From: Neoechinorhynchus agilis
Lineage: Eukaryota; Animalia; Acanthocephala
Assembly: GCA_051530055.1 (NCBI GenBank)
Contig: CM121343.1
Span: forward strand, 714,389-778,388
DNA: 64,000 nt
Direction of reading: 5' to 3'
Of this stretch, positions 51,951 to 64,000 are shown in pieces. The number at the start of each line of letters is the position of its first letter. Positions within the stretch are counted from its first letter, which is position 1. Below the pieces are notes generated by a model. It was not told the origin of the DNA and made no database searches. It was given only the letters and a program-made list of their open reading frames with translations. The translations under genes were made by a program, and so were the position numbers.

Positions 51951-53974
51951 GGATCAATGCTTCTCTTCTCCTTGAGAATGTTTAAAAAGAGGAATATTTC
52001 TTTATTGTTGAACAACCGAACTTTAGTCTTCGTCTTTATGATCGAGTGGATAATTTGATTAGTTTCATTGTAGGCCTTAGACGAATTTGGGTTATGTGGT
52101 CGGTAATTGCAATCTTAAGCGGCTTACATGAAGGGTTTGTAAAGTCTCTGCCAATTTCGCTCTTTCTTGATTGTGCTTACCATCGAGCGAATTTTGGCGA
52201 TTGATCTTTGAACATTCGTTGCCCGATTTATCAACGTTTAAATGAAGATTCTGGTTACGTTGCTCATTGAACGTTTTTATTTCTTCCAATTAATCACTGC
52301 ATCCCAATACGATAATTGTCAAGAATTTCGCTTTGTTGATTGCGTTATTCAAATTCATTTCAAAGAGCCAAAGTAGCGGACTCCTTTGTCTTCTTTTTCG
52401 CGATTGTTCTTAGTTCAATTGAGTTCAAATGCGGATATTGAGTCTTCCATGATGATTCGAGGTATCCAACCTTGAGCCGTTTCGTTGTTAGTAAACCAAA
52501 TTTGTAACATTTTCTTTGTTTCTTACCTCCTGACACAAATTGATATTTTAAGAAAATTGGTTTACGAGAGAGAGAAAGACTCGATTTATCTGTGGTGTCG
52601 ATATATCATAAAAGACGCCCAACATTTATAACCGGCTCGGACATTGTCTAGGAAGTATTTTAGTAATGAAACGTATGAGAATCCAAAACGCATCCGATAT
52701 AATAAAAAGGTATAATTGACTTCCGTTAATGTATTCTTTAGAGCTTCCATGCTTTTTATTTCAGACATTTGTCAGAGCAGCTCAGCAATCCATTTACAGC
52801 ATTATCCATGCAGATCGACGGTAGTATTTGCCAACTCAACAGTGTAAATGTTACTCAACGCCTTATCGTGACCAAAAAGATAAACATTCGGACTTTGTTC
52901 AGCTATGTTTATTTCTCTTTTTGTGTGCGGATTTCATAAAAATAATATTTCCGGATAAAAAAAATCCACATTTAATAGATTTTCGAAAGGATGATCTGAC
53001 ATCTTTTATTGATTATTTAGAAGCAGTTCTAGTTTCGAAGAAGCTTCCAGCGATTATATGGTAATATTCAGTTCTATCAAAAAGTATAGCTTATACTGAA
53101 GCTGTCTACTACTCGAATACTTTCAAATAACTCCTTGGTTGCTTTCTTCGATGCGCATATCATAGATGGACTTTGCTTTAATATGTAGACAAACGATAAG
53201 TGTCTATTTGTTTAGGATTTCTTTATAATCCAACGATTATACTTTTACTTTTTAATTTTAATTCTAAAAGCATTTGTTTGTATATAATTTTTGTCTCGAC
53301 ATTTTCGTTATACGTCTATTAATCGCTAAGCGTTGAGTAACATTTACACTGCGTAGTCGTCAAATACCATCATCGATCAGCATGAATAATTCTGTATGTA
53401 GATTGCTTAAATATCTCTTCTTTATAAGACAATTGCCTTAATTGATAAGCGGATTGCATGAGCTGTTCGGGCCAATGTCTTAAGCCAAAATCATTATAGC
53501 TGTGATGTGCGAATAATGATATTTCGTGATTGTAACGGATACGTCGATGATTCTCACTCGTTTTCAGGACTGAAATGCTCATATTTCAAGACCATGTTTG
53601 AGTCAAGTGGGCAATGAAAGGCGTAACTTTTGATATGTCCCAATTGCGGATGAATCCAATCTTTCTCACTTTCGTTCAATAAGTGCAATTTACACTGAAC
53701 TAAGAACTTTTATCAGTTTATTCAATCTTATGATGAGAAAGATCTTGATAAAGTTCCGTACTGAACAGTGTTCGAAAACACTTTTAAGATTTCGACGAAA
53801 GTTAGCAGATCTCTCGGGGTAGTACATCTCGGAATCTTTGACAGTTTCGCTCTAGTGCACTTTTCGAATGAACAATGAATCTTGAATCCGAACTCTAACC
53901 GGAGCTCGATGGAGTGGCATTTTGATTGAAGTGAGGTTTGGATTTTGTTGTCTTTTCAGCATTGGATAGATTGA

Positions 53975-56939
53975 TAATTATATGAATTACACGTTTTTTG
54001 TTAAAGAAACAAAGAATTGAAGGGCTCATGTACTTTTGGGTGTTCATTAGCATTCAAGTTCACAATTGTTCAAAAAACGTATCCGTTAGGATTGGAATAT
54101 CCAGTCGACGGGGCATCCGTTCGGTTGGGAATATCTAGTCGGTGGGATACCTATTCGTGTGGGTGTGACATTCCTTGAAATACTTAGTTAACGTTTTTTA
54201 ATATTCGTCCAGATAACACACACACACGAACAACGGTCAACACGATGGGTAACATTGATTGGCCACGTCAGCATGCCGCTACTTATCATAGTGAGAACTA
54301 TCTAGTCGGGGACGGTTCGTTCGGGTGAGGATGTGTCCGTTCGTTTGATAATATTCGGTTGGATTGGAAGGCGCGTTTTGGGAATTGGCGGGTATTGTTT
54401 GCAGGAACGCTTGTAAGGTTGGTCTTTCTTCAGGTTCATTCCAAGTTCTGATATCCAAGATGATTGGACAGCATGGAAATTGGAGCGTAGGTATAGTGAG
54501 GTTCGACGTCAAGGGAGGATGAAACGATTTAGGATCGCGAGTGTTGTGCTCGTGTTAAAAGGGAGCGATGTGTTGTAGAAATTGTGGTTCAACAGTTGAT
54601 AGGCGTTTTGATTGTTTAATGAAATAGTATCAATTCATTCGGTGAGAGGGGGAAAGTGAGTTGTGCAAATTTTAGATGCTCTTTTATGAAGAATTTCAAG
54701 ACGGCGGATTAGCAATTTGGAAAGGTTGCAAAATACGGGATAACCGTGGGTAAGGGAATATAAAATAAAGTAGAAGTAACATTTGGATAGATCTTATGAA
54801 AGGATTCCTAAATGTCGGAGGCATTTGAGGAGATAAATTTTAAAGGCGTTGTGCTTGAAGGAGAGAGTGATGTGCGAGTCCCATTTCAAATTTGATTGAA
54901 ATTGGATACTCAGAATTCTTACAGAGGTTACCCGTAAGATGTCATTTAGAAGATCGAGATACGTTATGGGGATTCGGGAGATTGAGGGGATCATTTCGAA
55001 GCATTTAGAGAAATTCAGATGGAGTTTGTGATTGGTTCAGAAATTTTTGTGTGCGATTTCGTTAGAGGCTAAGTAGAGGGAGAGGTGGGGTGATATCGTC
55101 GGCGTATAAGAAGAGTTTAGAGTGAGCGGAGAGAGGTTTGAGGTCGTTTAGAAAAATATTAAAGAGAAGTGGTGACAGTACAGCGCCTTGAGGTACGCCT
55201 TTGGTGATGGAAAGGCTGATAGAAGAGGTAGAACGGCAGTGAATGTATTGTTTACTATTGTGAAGATAAAATTCGAGCCAGCGGATCTGCCACAAGTTGA
55301 TACCAAAATTGGAGCAGGCCCGGAGGAGTGAACTGTCCACTGAGTCGAAAGCTTTAGATAAATCAAGCTGAATGAGACTGGTGACGTTGGAGGGATTATT
55401 GTCGAGGTTACGTAGGAGTGTGTCATAAATGCAAAGTAGGGTATCGGTTGCAGAAAATCTGGGCCGGAAGCAAAATTGCAGGGGCGATAACTTTTCGTTG
55501 AGAAGTGAAAGAAGGCGAGGTTTAAAACATTTTTTCGGTGACTTTTGAAAGAGCGGGTAGAATGGAAATTGGACGGAATGATTCGGCCGAAATAAGGTGT
55601 CATCTTTTGGAACAAGGATAACTTTAGCACTTTTTAGGAATGAGGGGTAGATGCCGTATAAAGAGCTGAGGTTTATAATGTGGGTAAGAGATCGATGAGT
55701 TCGGGATGAGCAAGCGAAGAGCCCAGTTTGGGGTTTCGGATTGAAAGGGCAAATTTTTAAGTAATATCATGAAATACTTTGGTACCTCATATCGGTGAGT
55801 TGACAAAAGTTTCAGCTGTGGGCGTGGAGGATTGTGTGGAGACTGACGTTGAGCAGTGATTGCAAATTGAGTCATGGCAGGATTTCTGATTAATGGAATC
55901 TAGAATCTGTTTTAATTCAGTGGAGGACAAATTAGTGAAGGGGTCCGGGTGGCGTAGACCAACAGAGCCCTTGACGGCCTACCACTATGTTGAGTTGCCA
56001 CCTGATAGAATTTTAGAGGAAAGGAAGTTATTGCTGTCGATAAGATTTTTGTTAGTACTTTTTGTAAACGGGAAGAGTCTGCGGGATTATTGCGATGGAC
56101 CTTAGAAGCTTGCCTTTGTATAAGTTTCCGAATGGGGATCATCCATGGAGGGTCGCTGTTGAAGATCTTAATGAATTTCTTGAGAGTTGTTGAAGCTATG
56201 GAATTTTTTATGATTGAGGTAATCGAGGACATGGCCAAGGAAGATTCATTTGTGTTGTCAGAGTGGGATGTGCGGATGTTAGAGTTGAACAATTTTATAA
56301 AATTTTGGATGTGATGATCACGTTTATCCCAGACGGGTAAACGGGGAGATTTCATACGCTGAGGTGGGGTGGATGGAGTGATTAGGGCAGAGGAATGGTC
56401 AGAGTTCGCGGGGGGGGAGGGAGTTTTGAGGCGGATGAGTAGGCTTCGATATTTGTGAACACTTTGTCGAGGTGAGGGTCAAGACCAGTTGGGAAGTCAA
56501 TAAGTCGACGCAACTTGGTGAAGGGTAGAAGAGGAAATAGATTATTGAAGCCCCCTGCAATTAAGAAATGGTGTGAATTTGCGGAGTTTATGAGCTCCAT
56601 CGTAGACTCAATTTGTAGCAAGGACTCAGGACGGGAGGCCGGAGGGCGATAGACGGCAGCAATGGTGAATTTTCTAAAGCCCTTTCTTAGAGGAGCTATA
56701 AATTGGACTGCGATGAATTCTAGACCTGGGTTCGGTGGAGAGCCCGTGAGAGATAAAGAGTATGGTAGCGATTGCCGTACGTAAATTGAGACCCCCCTCC
56801 TGGACGGTCCTCGCGATGTACCCGGGAAGGATGGCTGTATTGCTGTTGTACGGGATAAGCCATGTTTCTTTTAAGATGTTTACGTCGACTTTTGAGGTAG
56901 ATGAAATGAGTGAAATTTCATCTAGTTTAAAAAGGAGGC
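53975..56939 (-). mobile_element. Second copy of the CR1-group LINE (ORF2 only; 5' part lost at a CRE junction)
   Basis: Highly similar to 22000-24710; QGAVLSPLLFNIFLND and LYADDIT; 3' end motif shared with the first copy. Confidence 0.92.
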
Positions 56940-57245
56940 ACCCGGGGAGCAGCAACCGCCGCTGAGGAACGCAAAAAGACAAAATACAGGGCCTGAGTCG
57001 AAATCATTATTTTGCTCCCTTTGGCGTCGAGACGCTCGGGTCGTTTTGTACCGCGGCGCAGGACCTGGTCAAGCATAAGAGATTGAGACGAATCAATGGC
57101 GATCCGAGATCAGGAGCATTCCTGTTGTAAAACATAAGTCCGGCTGTGCAACGAGGGAACGCTGCATCCATCATTTCAACCGTTACACCGGGATGGCAGC
57201 TGAGTGATCCAGAGCGGTGGTGTGAATGATTTCACGACATTTATA
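56940..57245 (+). mobile_element. 5'-truncated CRE 3' fragment joined into the LINE APE region
   Basis: cccggggagcagcaaccgccgctgaggaacgcaaaaagacaaaatacag... is near-identical to the reverse complement of 61710-62010. Confidence 0.9.
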
Positions 57246-57299
57246 AATAGAATCCACTAAAAACTGATTAATTTCGCCCAGGTCAGAGAAATAGTTACA

Positions 57300-60200
57300 A
57301 GACAGAAGCAGACAAGTGACTGCGTTGTACAATTGATCTTTTAGTCTTCCAAACTTGAATTTACGGGAGTTTTGCTTTTAATGGGTTAATTATTTCTGAT
57401 AGAAGTATTGTCAATGGCATGTCTCTTTGTTTTCATTAAGAACGGATTATACGCATTAACTTTGGTTTCTCTAGAAGGTTTTAATGAAATAATCATAGAA
57501 GCTGTAAATTCTAATCTTTTAACCAAGTCTTTTATAAAACGATCGTTCGACTACAAAATGGCTACTGCCTATTATAAGATTGCTGTTGTTGTAGAACCGA
57601 AAACGTGGTTTTATTTTGCTAACGGAACCGCGAAAACGTTTCATGGTACAACGAACGATAACGGTTAGTAATCGATAATATAATTACATTTATGATGTAG
57701 TCGAAACTAATCGATATCACAATCTTCCATCGTGTTCGATTGTTTCCCTGGTCTCCGGCAAGACCGTCTGACTTCTCTCCCGTCTTCCATTATATACTTC
57801 GAGCCCATTCGACTAAAATCCGAATCCAATCCAGTATAGTCACCCTGAGTGCCGCGTTCCGGTATTTCAGTACTATTGTGCTTAGATCTTGATTCAGTAG
57901 TTTGAGATCACCAGTCGTTTGAGCGATATCCGACCCATACGGGGCTAGACGTTGGGTTGAAACGACGCCTTGTCGTCCATCAGCGTATTGGATCAACGAA
58001 TGCTTTTCGCCCCCACTTATTGGAGTTACTTCATCCACTTCATTCTCGTACTTGGACTTTCTGTTCAGATTCTCGAGGTATGCCTTATCACTTGATACAA
58101 TCCAACTTGGTGGTGGCCTGGATGTCATACTCCTTCTTGGATAATTGAATATTCGTTCATGAGACGTTTGCCCCGTACTGGTGCAGAGAAGTGTTCGTAT
58201 TTTCGAAAGTGCCTCATGGAGGACCTGGGGCCAATTATTTAAAGGAAGATCTTGATCTGCAAGCAAGAGCTGGATGGTTTTCCACACTGTTCCATTGTAG
58301 CGTTCACATTGGCCGTTGCCTTGCGTGTGGAACGCAGTCGTGTGACTGAGGCAAACGTTCTGTGCATTTAGCCATTCTCGAATATCCTTGCAGGTGAAAG
58401 AAGCTCCTCGGTCAGAGTGGACGTAATCAGGACGCAAGCAAATGCGATTGGGAACCGCGAATATTCGTCTACGGCGACTAATAAATACAGCGGACCGCTT
58501 GCTGTGGACGGTAATGGACCTTTGAAGTCCACAGATATTCGTTCGAATGGTTTGGTGGCTTTGATCAAATGTGGACCAGAAGATTTGAAAAATCTTGGTT
58601 TTATTCGGCAGCATACCGAACAAGATGCCGTTACTTTTCTTATTTCCTCCGTAGAATAAGGAAGATTATTTTGTTTGATGTAGTGGAGCATCCTGGTGAC
58701 ACCTGGATGTCCTAATTTTCGGTGAACTTCGTGGATCTGAGTCAGAATAGAGGATACGCTCGCACATGAATCGCGTGATAGTACATCCGCAGCTAGATTA
58801 GAAGCTCCAGCTCGATACTTTAGTGTATAAGTATAACTTGAAAGTTCCAGCCTCCATCGTAATATGCGTTCGTTTCTAATCTTTTTGAATGTTTTTGATT
58901 GAGCATAAAGGATACTGATCTTTGATCCGTAATCACGACGAACGGACGGATAGCTAAGTAGTACCGCCAATGTTTTATTGCCTCGATAAGTGCGTACGCC
59001 TCCTTTTCCACTATGTGATATCGTTTTTCATGTTTATTCAGTGTTTTGGAAAAAAATGCGACAGGTAGCCCATCCTGGAAAAGAGCGGCTCCAATTGCTT
59101 TTTCAGAAGCATCAGTTTCGAGTACGAATTGCTTATCCTCATCTATGCTATGCATGACAGCGTTTTTGATGTCTTTTTCAAGGTATCAATCAATATTGCA
59201 GTTTGTTCGCATAGAGGAAAATCCAAATTTTTGCACACCAGCGGTTGAATCCTTTTAGAGTAGTTCGGGATCCATTTACTATAATAGGCAAAAAATCCCA
59301 TCAGGCGTTGTATAGATGCTTTGTTGGTGGGTAGTACTATGTCATTTAGAGACTTGAGACGATTTGGGTCCGGTCTTAGTTGGCCGTTACCAATTTCGTA
59401 ACCAAGTACCAGAATTCGTTCTACCCCATATACGCTTTTATCGTTATTGAATTTTAATCCTTTCTTGGCAGCAATATCTCGAAATTGTCACTAGTTTTTA
59501 TCATGCTCGCTCTTCGTTTGTCCGCAAACAATGACATCGTCGAGATATGCATATGTATTTGATAAATTGTTAGCTTCGATGATATTATTCATATACCTCT
59601 GAAATGCGGATACCCCACTGGTAACGCCCATCGGGATTTTTGTAAAGCGGTAGAGCTCACCGCATGCTTCAAAAGAGGTATAGTCTCTCTCATGAGGGGC
59701 AATTGATACTTGATAATATGCATCTTCCAAGTCTAACCGGCTAAACACCTTATTTGTTGCTATTTTGTTGACGATCGTTTCGATACGTGGAAGAGGGTAA
59801 GCATCTAGATAATTGAATTTGTTAATAGTTTGGCTAAAGTCTACAACGAGTCTCTTTTTTCCATTTTCGTTGTTAACCACGAGGACCTGTGCCCTCCATG
59901 GTGAATCGGATTTTTCGATTATGCCATCTTTAAGCATGCGACCGATCTCGGATTTAATAAAGATGATGCCGCGTTGATTGTAGCATTGGGATCGAGTTGC
60001 GATCGGTTTACAGTCGGCGGAAAGATTATTGAACAAACAAGGCGCCAAATCAGATTTTGTTGTCGACTCTTGATCAAGTACAGGAATAAGTAACGCAGCT
60101 AGATTCAGTTCGATTGACGGCTCACTGCCTGACATTCTCAAGCGGAACTCTCTGTGCAGTCTTAAAAACGGCAATCCAAGAACTACGTCGCTGCAAAGAT

Positions 60201-61000
60201 CAGTCAACAGGTATAGTTCCACGCGACTGTACATCGTTCCGTCGTATCGAATATCGGCCCTAACCTTGCCCAGAGTTCTCCTTGTAGTGTTACCAGAGGC
60301 TAACGAAACGTTTGAGTAGGACGGCTCCAATCGATGAAATTGAGGGAACTCCCAGTATCAAGCAAAGCAGAGAAGGTTACATCTTGTATCAATACCGGAA
60401 TCATGAGAGAATAATCCTTTATCGAACTCTTATCCTTTTTAGTAGCAGCTAAGTAGACCGAAGACAAGTTAGCGTTGTTAGCTTTTTTTGACCGACACAC
60501 TCTCGTGAAGTGTCCGAGTTTTTGACACGTATAGCACTGTACTTCGGCGGCAGGGCATAATTTGCGAGGATGTCGTTTCCTCCCACAAAAATTAGCTTTG
60601 CAAGTAAAACCTTCACTTTGAAGTAATAAATCAACACTCCAACTTTACACGTATTCTCTTCTTTTGTGAAAAGTTCATTTTCTGCAGTTCTGAAATGTTG
60701 TGAAGATGCAATGTATCCAAGAACGAAAATGTGCTTTTTACCATTCCCGAAGCATTGTTTTGGATTATCAGAGTCCGGATAAAGTTGATGATTCACACAA
60801 TCAGCTTACTATTACCGTCCGTTTCATAAATCCTCGTGAGATCGCCATTAGAAGTAAGAACAATGTTCAGAAGATGCAGTTCATCACGAGTGCAATCGCA
60901 AAATGCTTGGTGGTGAAATAATCATTTTTGGACCTTGCTCGGTGAAACATTTCGATTAGGGAAGAAATACTTAAGCCCAAACAATTTGCCATCAACTGAA
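57300..61000 (-). mobile_element. Ty3/Gypsy LTR retrotransposon remnant (gag zinc knuckle, PR, RT, RNase H, integrase); no LTR pair seen
   Basis: PR LLDTGSS; RT SPWRAQVLVV...RLVVDFSQTIN...DAYPLPRI...YAYLDDV; RNase H LETDASEKAIGA...EKEAYA...TDQ; IN HRKLGHPGV...C..C, ISVDFKGP and GNGQCERYN. A possible purine tract and TG LTR start lie at ~57721. Outer limits are uncertain. Confidence 0.9.
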
Positions 61001-61694
61001 ACAACAACACTCTGTTCAAATCAGCATTTAATATGCTGTAAAACTAAAAAACTAATTTTTTGGCTAGTAACCCATTTTTACCCGTGCTAGACTTTGCCTA
61101 AATTTTCGGTACGTTTCTTCGTATTTATTAGAATCACCCGATGTTCATCATTTGCCATTTAGAGTTCTCAATGAAACATCGAGATATTTCTTTGGAATCT
61201 CCGCCAAGCATTTTGTGGACTTTTTGCCTGTTTAAAGATGTAATACTGACGAATAAGAGTTGTAGATCATAGTGCTTTCAGCTGTCGGTCCTGTACAATC
61301 GAAGAAGATGACAGTTCATTGCAAGAGAGGATCGTTACATAATGAGATAAGGCCAAATTTCAAAAAAAAATTTGTCCTAAAAAAATTTCAGTAGTGCAAT
61401 CCGATGCCGAATTGTGACCTTATCTTTATCGAAATGCATCAAAATGTTGATGACTCATTTGTTCAAAAAAATATTCTGTTTGATCCAAATTATACATTAT
61501 GGTTGTTATTTATCGGTACAACTGTCTTGTTGTTTCCCACCACACCGGCTAATGAAAACATCGCAGCACAAATCATCGTCCGTCATTCGATTGTATTCTT
61601 CAATCCATGTTTTAATTTTGAGTTCCGTATCCAAGTACTAAACACAAACGAAAGTTCTGAAATACTTATATCGATGTGTGGCCTATTATGAGAC

Positions 61695-63093
61695 TATAAA
61701 TTAGCGTTAGATCATTCACCCCACTGCTCTGGATCACTCAGCTGCCATCCCGGTGTAACGGTCGAAAGGACGGATACATCATTCCCCCATTGCAGAATCA
61801 GACTTATGTTTCGTAGGAGGAATGCTCCGTCCTTCGGATCGCCATTGATTCGTCTCAATCTCTTAGACAATTGCTTGACCAGGTCTTGCACCGCCGTACC
61901 AAACAACCCGAGCGTATCGACGCCAAAGGGAGCAAAATAATGATTTCGACTCAGGCCCCTGTATTTTGTCTTTTTGCGTTCCTCAGCGGCGGTTGCTGCT
62001 CCCCCGGGTTTAACAGCGGCGAATTTTATGTTGCTGGCTACGAATGGCGTCTTAGCCTTCTGGCCACGGGAATACTGTGACACCGTCCGGTCTACGGCCA
62101 TCGAGTCAGGAAAAATTGCTCCGCTCTAGGATGTTGGGCGCATTTACAGTATTCAGAGCACGACTAAGAGCATTGCGTTCACTTCGGCGTATCGTCAGTA
62201 CCTTCCTTCTGATTGCCGACAGACGAGACCATGGCATCCCGATGGTTCCACGGTCGCTCCACAACGGCAGCGATGGGATGTGCACATCGGTACCCCAAGT
62301 CTCAGGGACACTGCAATCCTTACTGCTTCGTCCGAAAGGTACTCACAGAAGCGATTGGGATAGCGTTGAGCCAAGCAACCGTTTCTCTTGTAAAGACTGC
62401 CGCCAATCGAGTTTGGTTCACCAGGTCACGAGAATTTGAAATTAAAGAGTTGTGAATTCTACCTAGGAAGAGTCCCAAACTGATTGTTTGCAACCATTAA
62501 CGGAGACCTGCTCGCTATCGGAATCTCCACACCAATGATTAAGAGCCTTCACGAAATCGTCATCCAAAGTGTAATTATCGCAAAGACAAGATTGAACTAT
62601 TTTGCGGCTTGCTTCATACGATCCCAAATAAGCTGGCGGAAAAAATCAACTGTTTTGCGGATACCCAAACCGCCGGACGACACAGGCAAGGACGCCTAAC
62701 GCCAGGCCTCGTCCGGCAGCTGAGTATTTAAAATTTTCTCGAGAGGCTTTCACCGTCTGGTCTAATTTTGCCATCTTATCTTATGTCTAAAAAGGTACTG
62801 TGTGCAGCTTATATAGCAATTTTGGAATCAAGAGGGTGTTCTTGATCGGGGACAGTCTCGTGTGAAGATAATTCATCAACTCGTTCGCACAGCACCGAAA
62901 GTTGCGGTTGAAGATTGGCAATCTCCGCTTCCGTATTAGAATCAAAAATACAGCTTCCTTGAAGACTCAACCGGTCTAGAGTTATCAATTCCATCCCGGG
63001 GCCAGGTTCCGAATCCCGCATTTCACAGAATTCAGTTCAATGCTGATTTTCGTCATTTTTTCACGAGTGTGTCCAGGTTCCAGCCGTTAAAGC
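61695..63093 (-). mobile_element. CRE-clade remnant (post-RT through RLE and 3' end)
   Basis: KPGGAATAAEERKKTKYRGLSRNHYFAPFGVDTLG...LQWGN; 62282-63093 is near-identical to 44488-45349. Confidence 0.9.
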
Positions 63094-63625
63094 TAACACC
63101 ACTGCGTGGTCATAAGTGAAAACCTGGCTAGTTTGCACTTCGTGTAGTGCATATTCGATGATATCACCTTCTGGGTTTTGAACCGTTTATATTCGGCCAA
63201 TATCGTCTTCTGATTCTGGCTTGCTTGTTCAATGTAATTCTGTTGCATTGCCTGCAAGAAACCTTGTAGACAACAGCCATCTTTTCCACCTCCTGGTATT
63301 TCCGGGAAATGAGGTTTCATATCAGCACAGAAGGTCGAAATTAAAATTGACATTTTTCCTAAGTATCCTAGAAATTTTGTTAATCCAACAGTTGGTTTGT
63401 GGGCAAGGGTCCGACACCCCAATGCGTTGATCCATACGATTCGGGTCAACGATTGTTTATTTGACTGGGTCTTTCTCGCATGGTCCACTAGCTCCCACGC
63501 TGAAGTAAGAACATCTTTTGGGTACCCCAACTTGCTGAAAATTCGTTTCAACTGTTGGTTTTCATCACTGAGACACTCATTATTGTAGAGGTTGTAGGCA
63601 CGACGAAGGAAACCTTTGAATATCC
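63094..63625 (-). mobile_element. Penelope-like element remnant (RT thumb plus GIY-YIG endonuclease)
   Basis: IFKGFLRRAYNL...LKRIFSKLGYP; VVYKVSCRQC (frameshift) QNYIEQASQNQKTILAEYKR...HY, which is the PLE GIY-YIG pattern VVY..C..C...YIGQT.R....R..EH. Confidence 0.8.
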
Positions 63626-64000
63626 ATAGTATATAATTATTTGTTTCAGTTCAATACATCTAGAAACGGCAACTTTCCGGTTTCATCGGACCTATTCATG
63701 TTCATTGAGAGGATTATTTCGAGATACACGAGAGTATCAGCGATTTCCGTACAGAAAAACTTTTTCAATCGCGTAAAACAATTTCAATTGCGGTCAAAGC
63801 AAATTATTTTTTAAATAACGCGACGATGAATAAAGCCTAAAAAGATACGAACAAAAGCATTTTGATTTTTGTTGCCATCGGTGTTCATGCATTAGTCCAA
63901 TAATTCATTCTCAGGATCATATCACAACGAAAGTTTAAATGAAATTGCACTTTGGCGGTCTGTTGGATGAGAATATTCTTAAACATTTCTGTGCAGCATC

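Larger units (their letters stand above)
46586..53966. repeat. Large inverted duplication: arms ~46586-49910 and ~50660-53966 (~3.3 kb each), spacer ~750 bp
   Basis: The arms are reverse complements along their length, from tccaatgctgaaaag/cttttcagcattgga to gggcagtccaaac/gtttggactgccc; roughly mid-90% identity by eye. Confidence 0.96.

Noticed and set aside
57245-57721. 3' LTR of the Gypsy element
   Set aside because: A TG start after a weak purine tract is plausible, but no matching 5' LTR was found, so it was not called separately.

Overview
AT-rich animal (metazoan) genomic DNA with very short introns (44-50 nt where they can be mapped); the species cannot be assigned from this window. 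Host genes: a KANSL2/INO80D-type zinc-finger protein, ARF6, an EndoU-family protein with substituted catalytic residues, a GPR158-like class C GPCR, an Islet LIM-homeobox gene and one orphan ORF. Three unrelated satellite arrays (125, ~185 and ~354 bp units) occupy the first 13 kb. The ~354-bp array carries an RTE retrotransposon with a target-site duplication, and its 5' end maps exactly to the cleavage site of a twister ribozyme. Three dispersed ~80-bp elements carry minimal hammerhead-ribozyme cores of the Penelope type, and Penelope ORF remnants are present. From ~40 kb onward the window is a transposon graveyard: an orphan 28S rDNA piece ending at the R2 target site and joined to a truncated R2, several CRE-clade, CR1-group, Gypsy and Penelope remnants, and a ~7.4-kb inverted duplication containing two convergent copies of a Piwi pseudogene. 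All calls come from manual reading and translation and from recalled family motifs; no searches were run, and most element boundaries are approximate.
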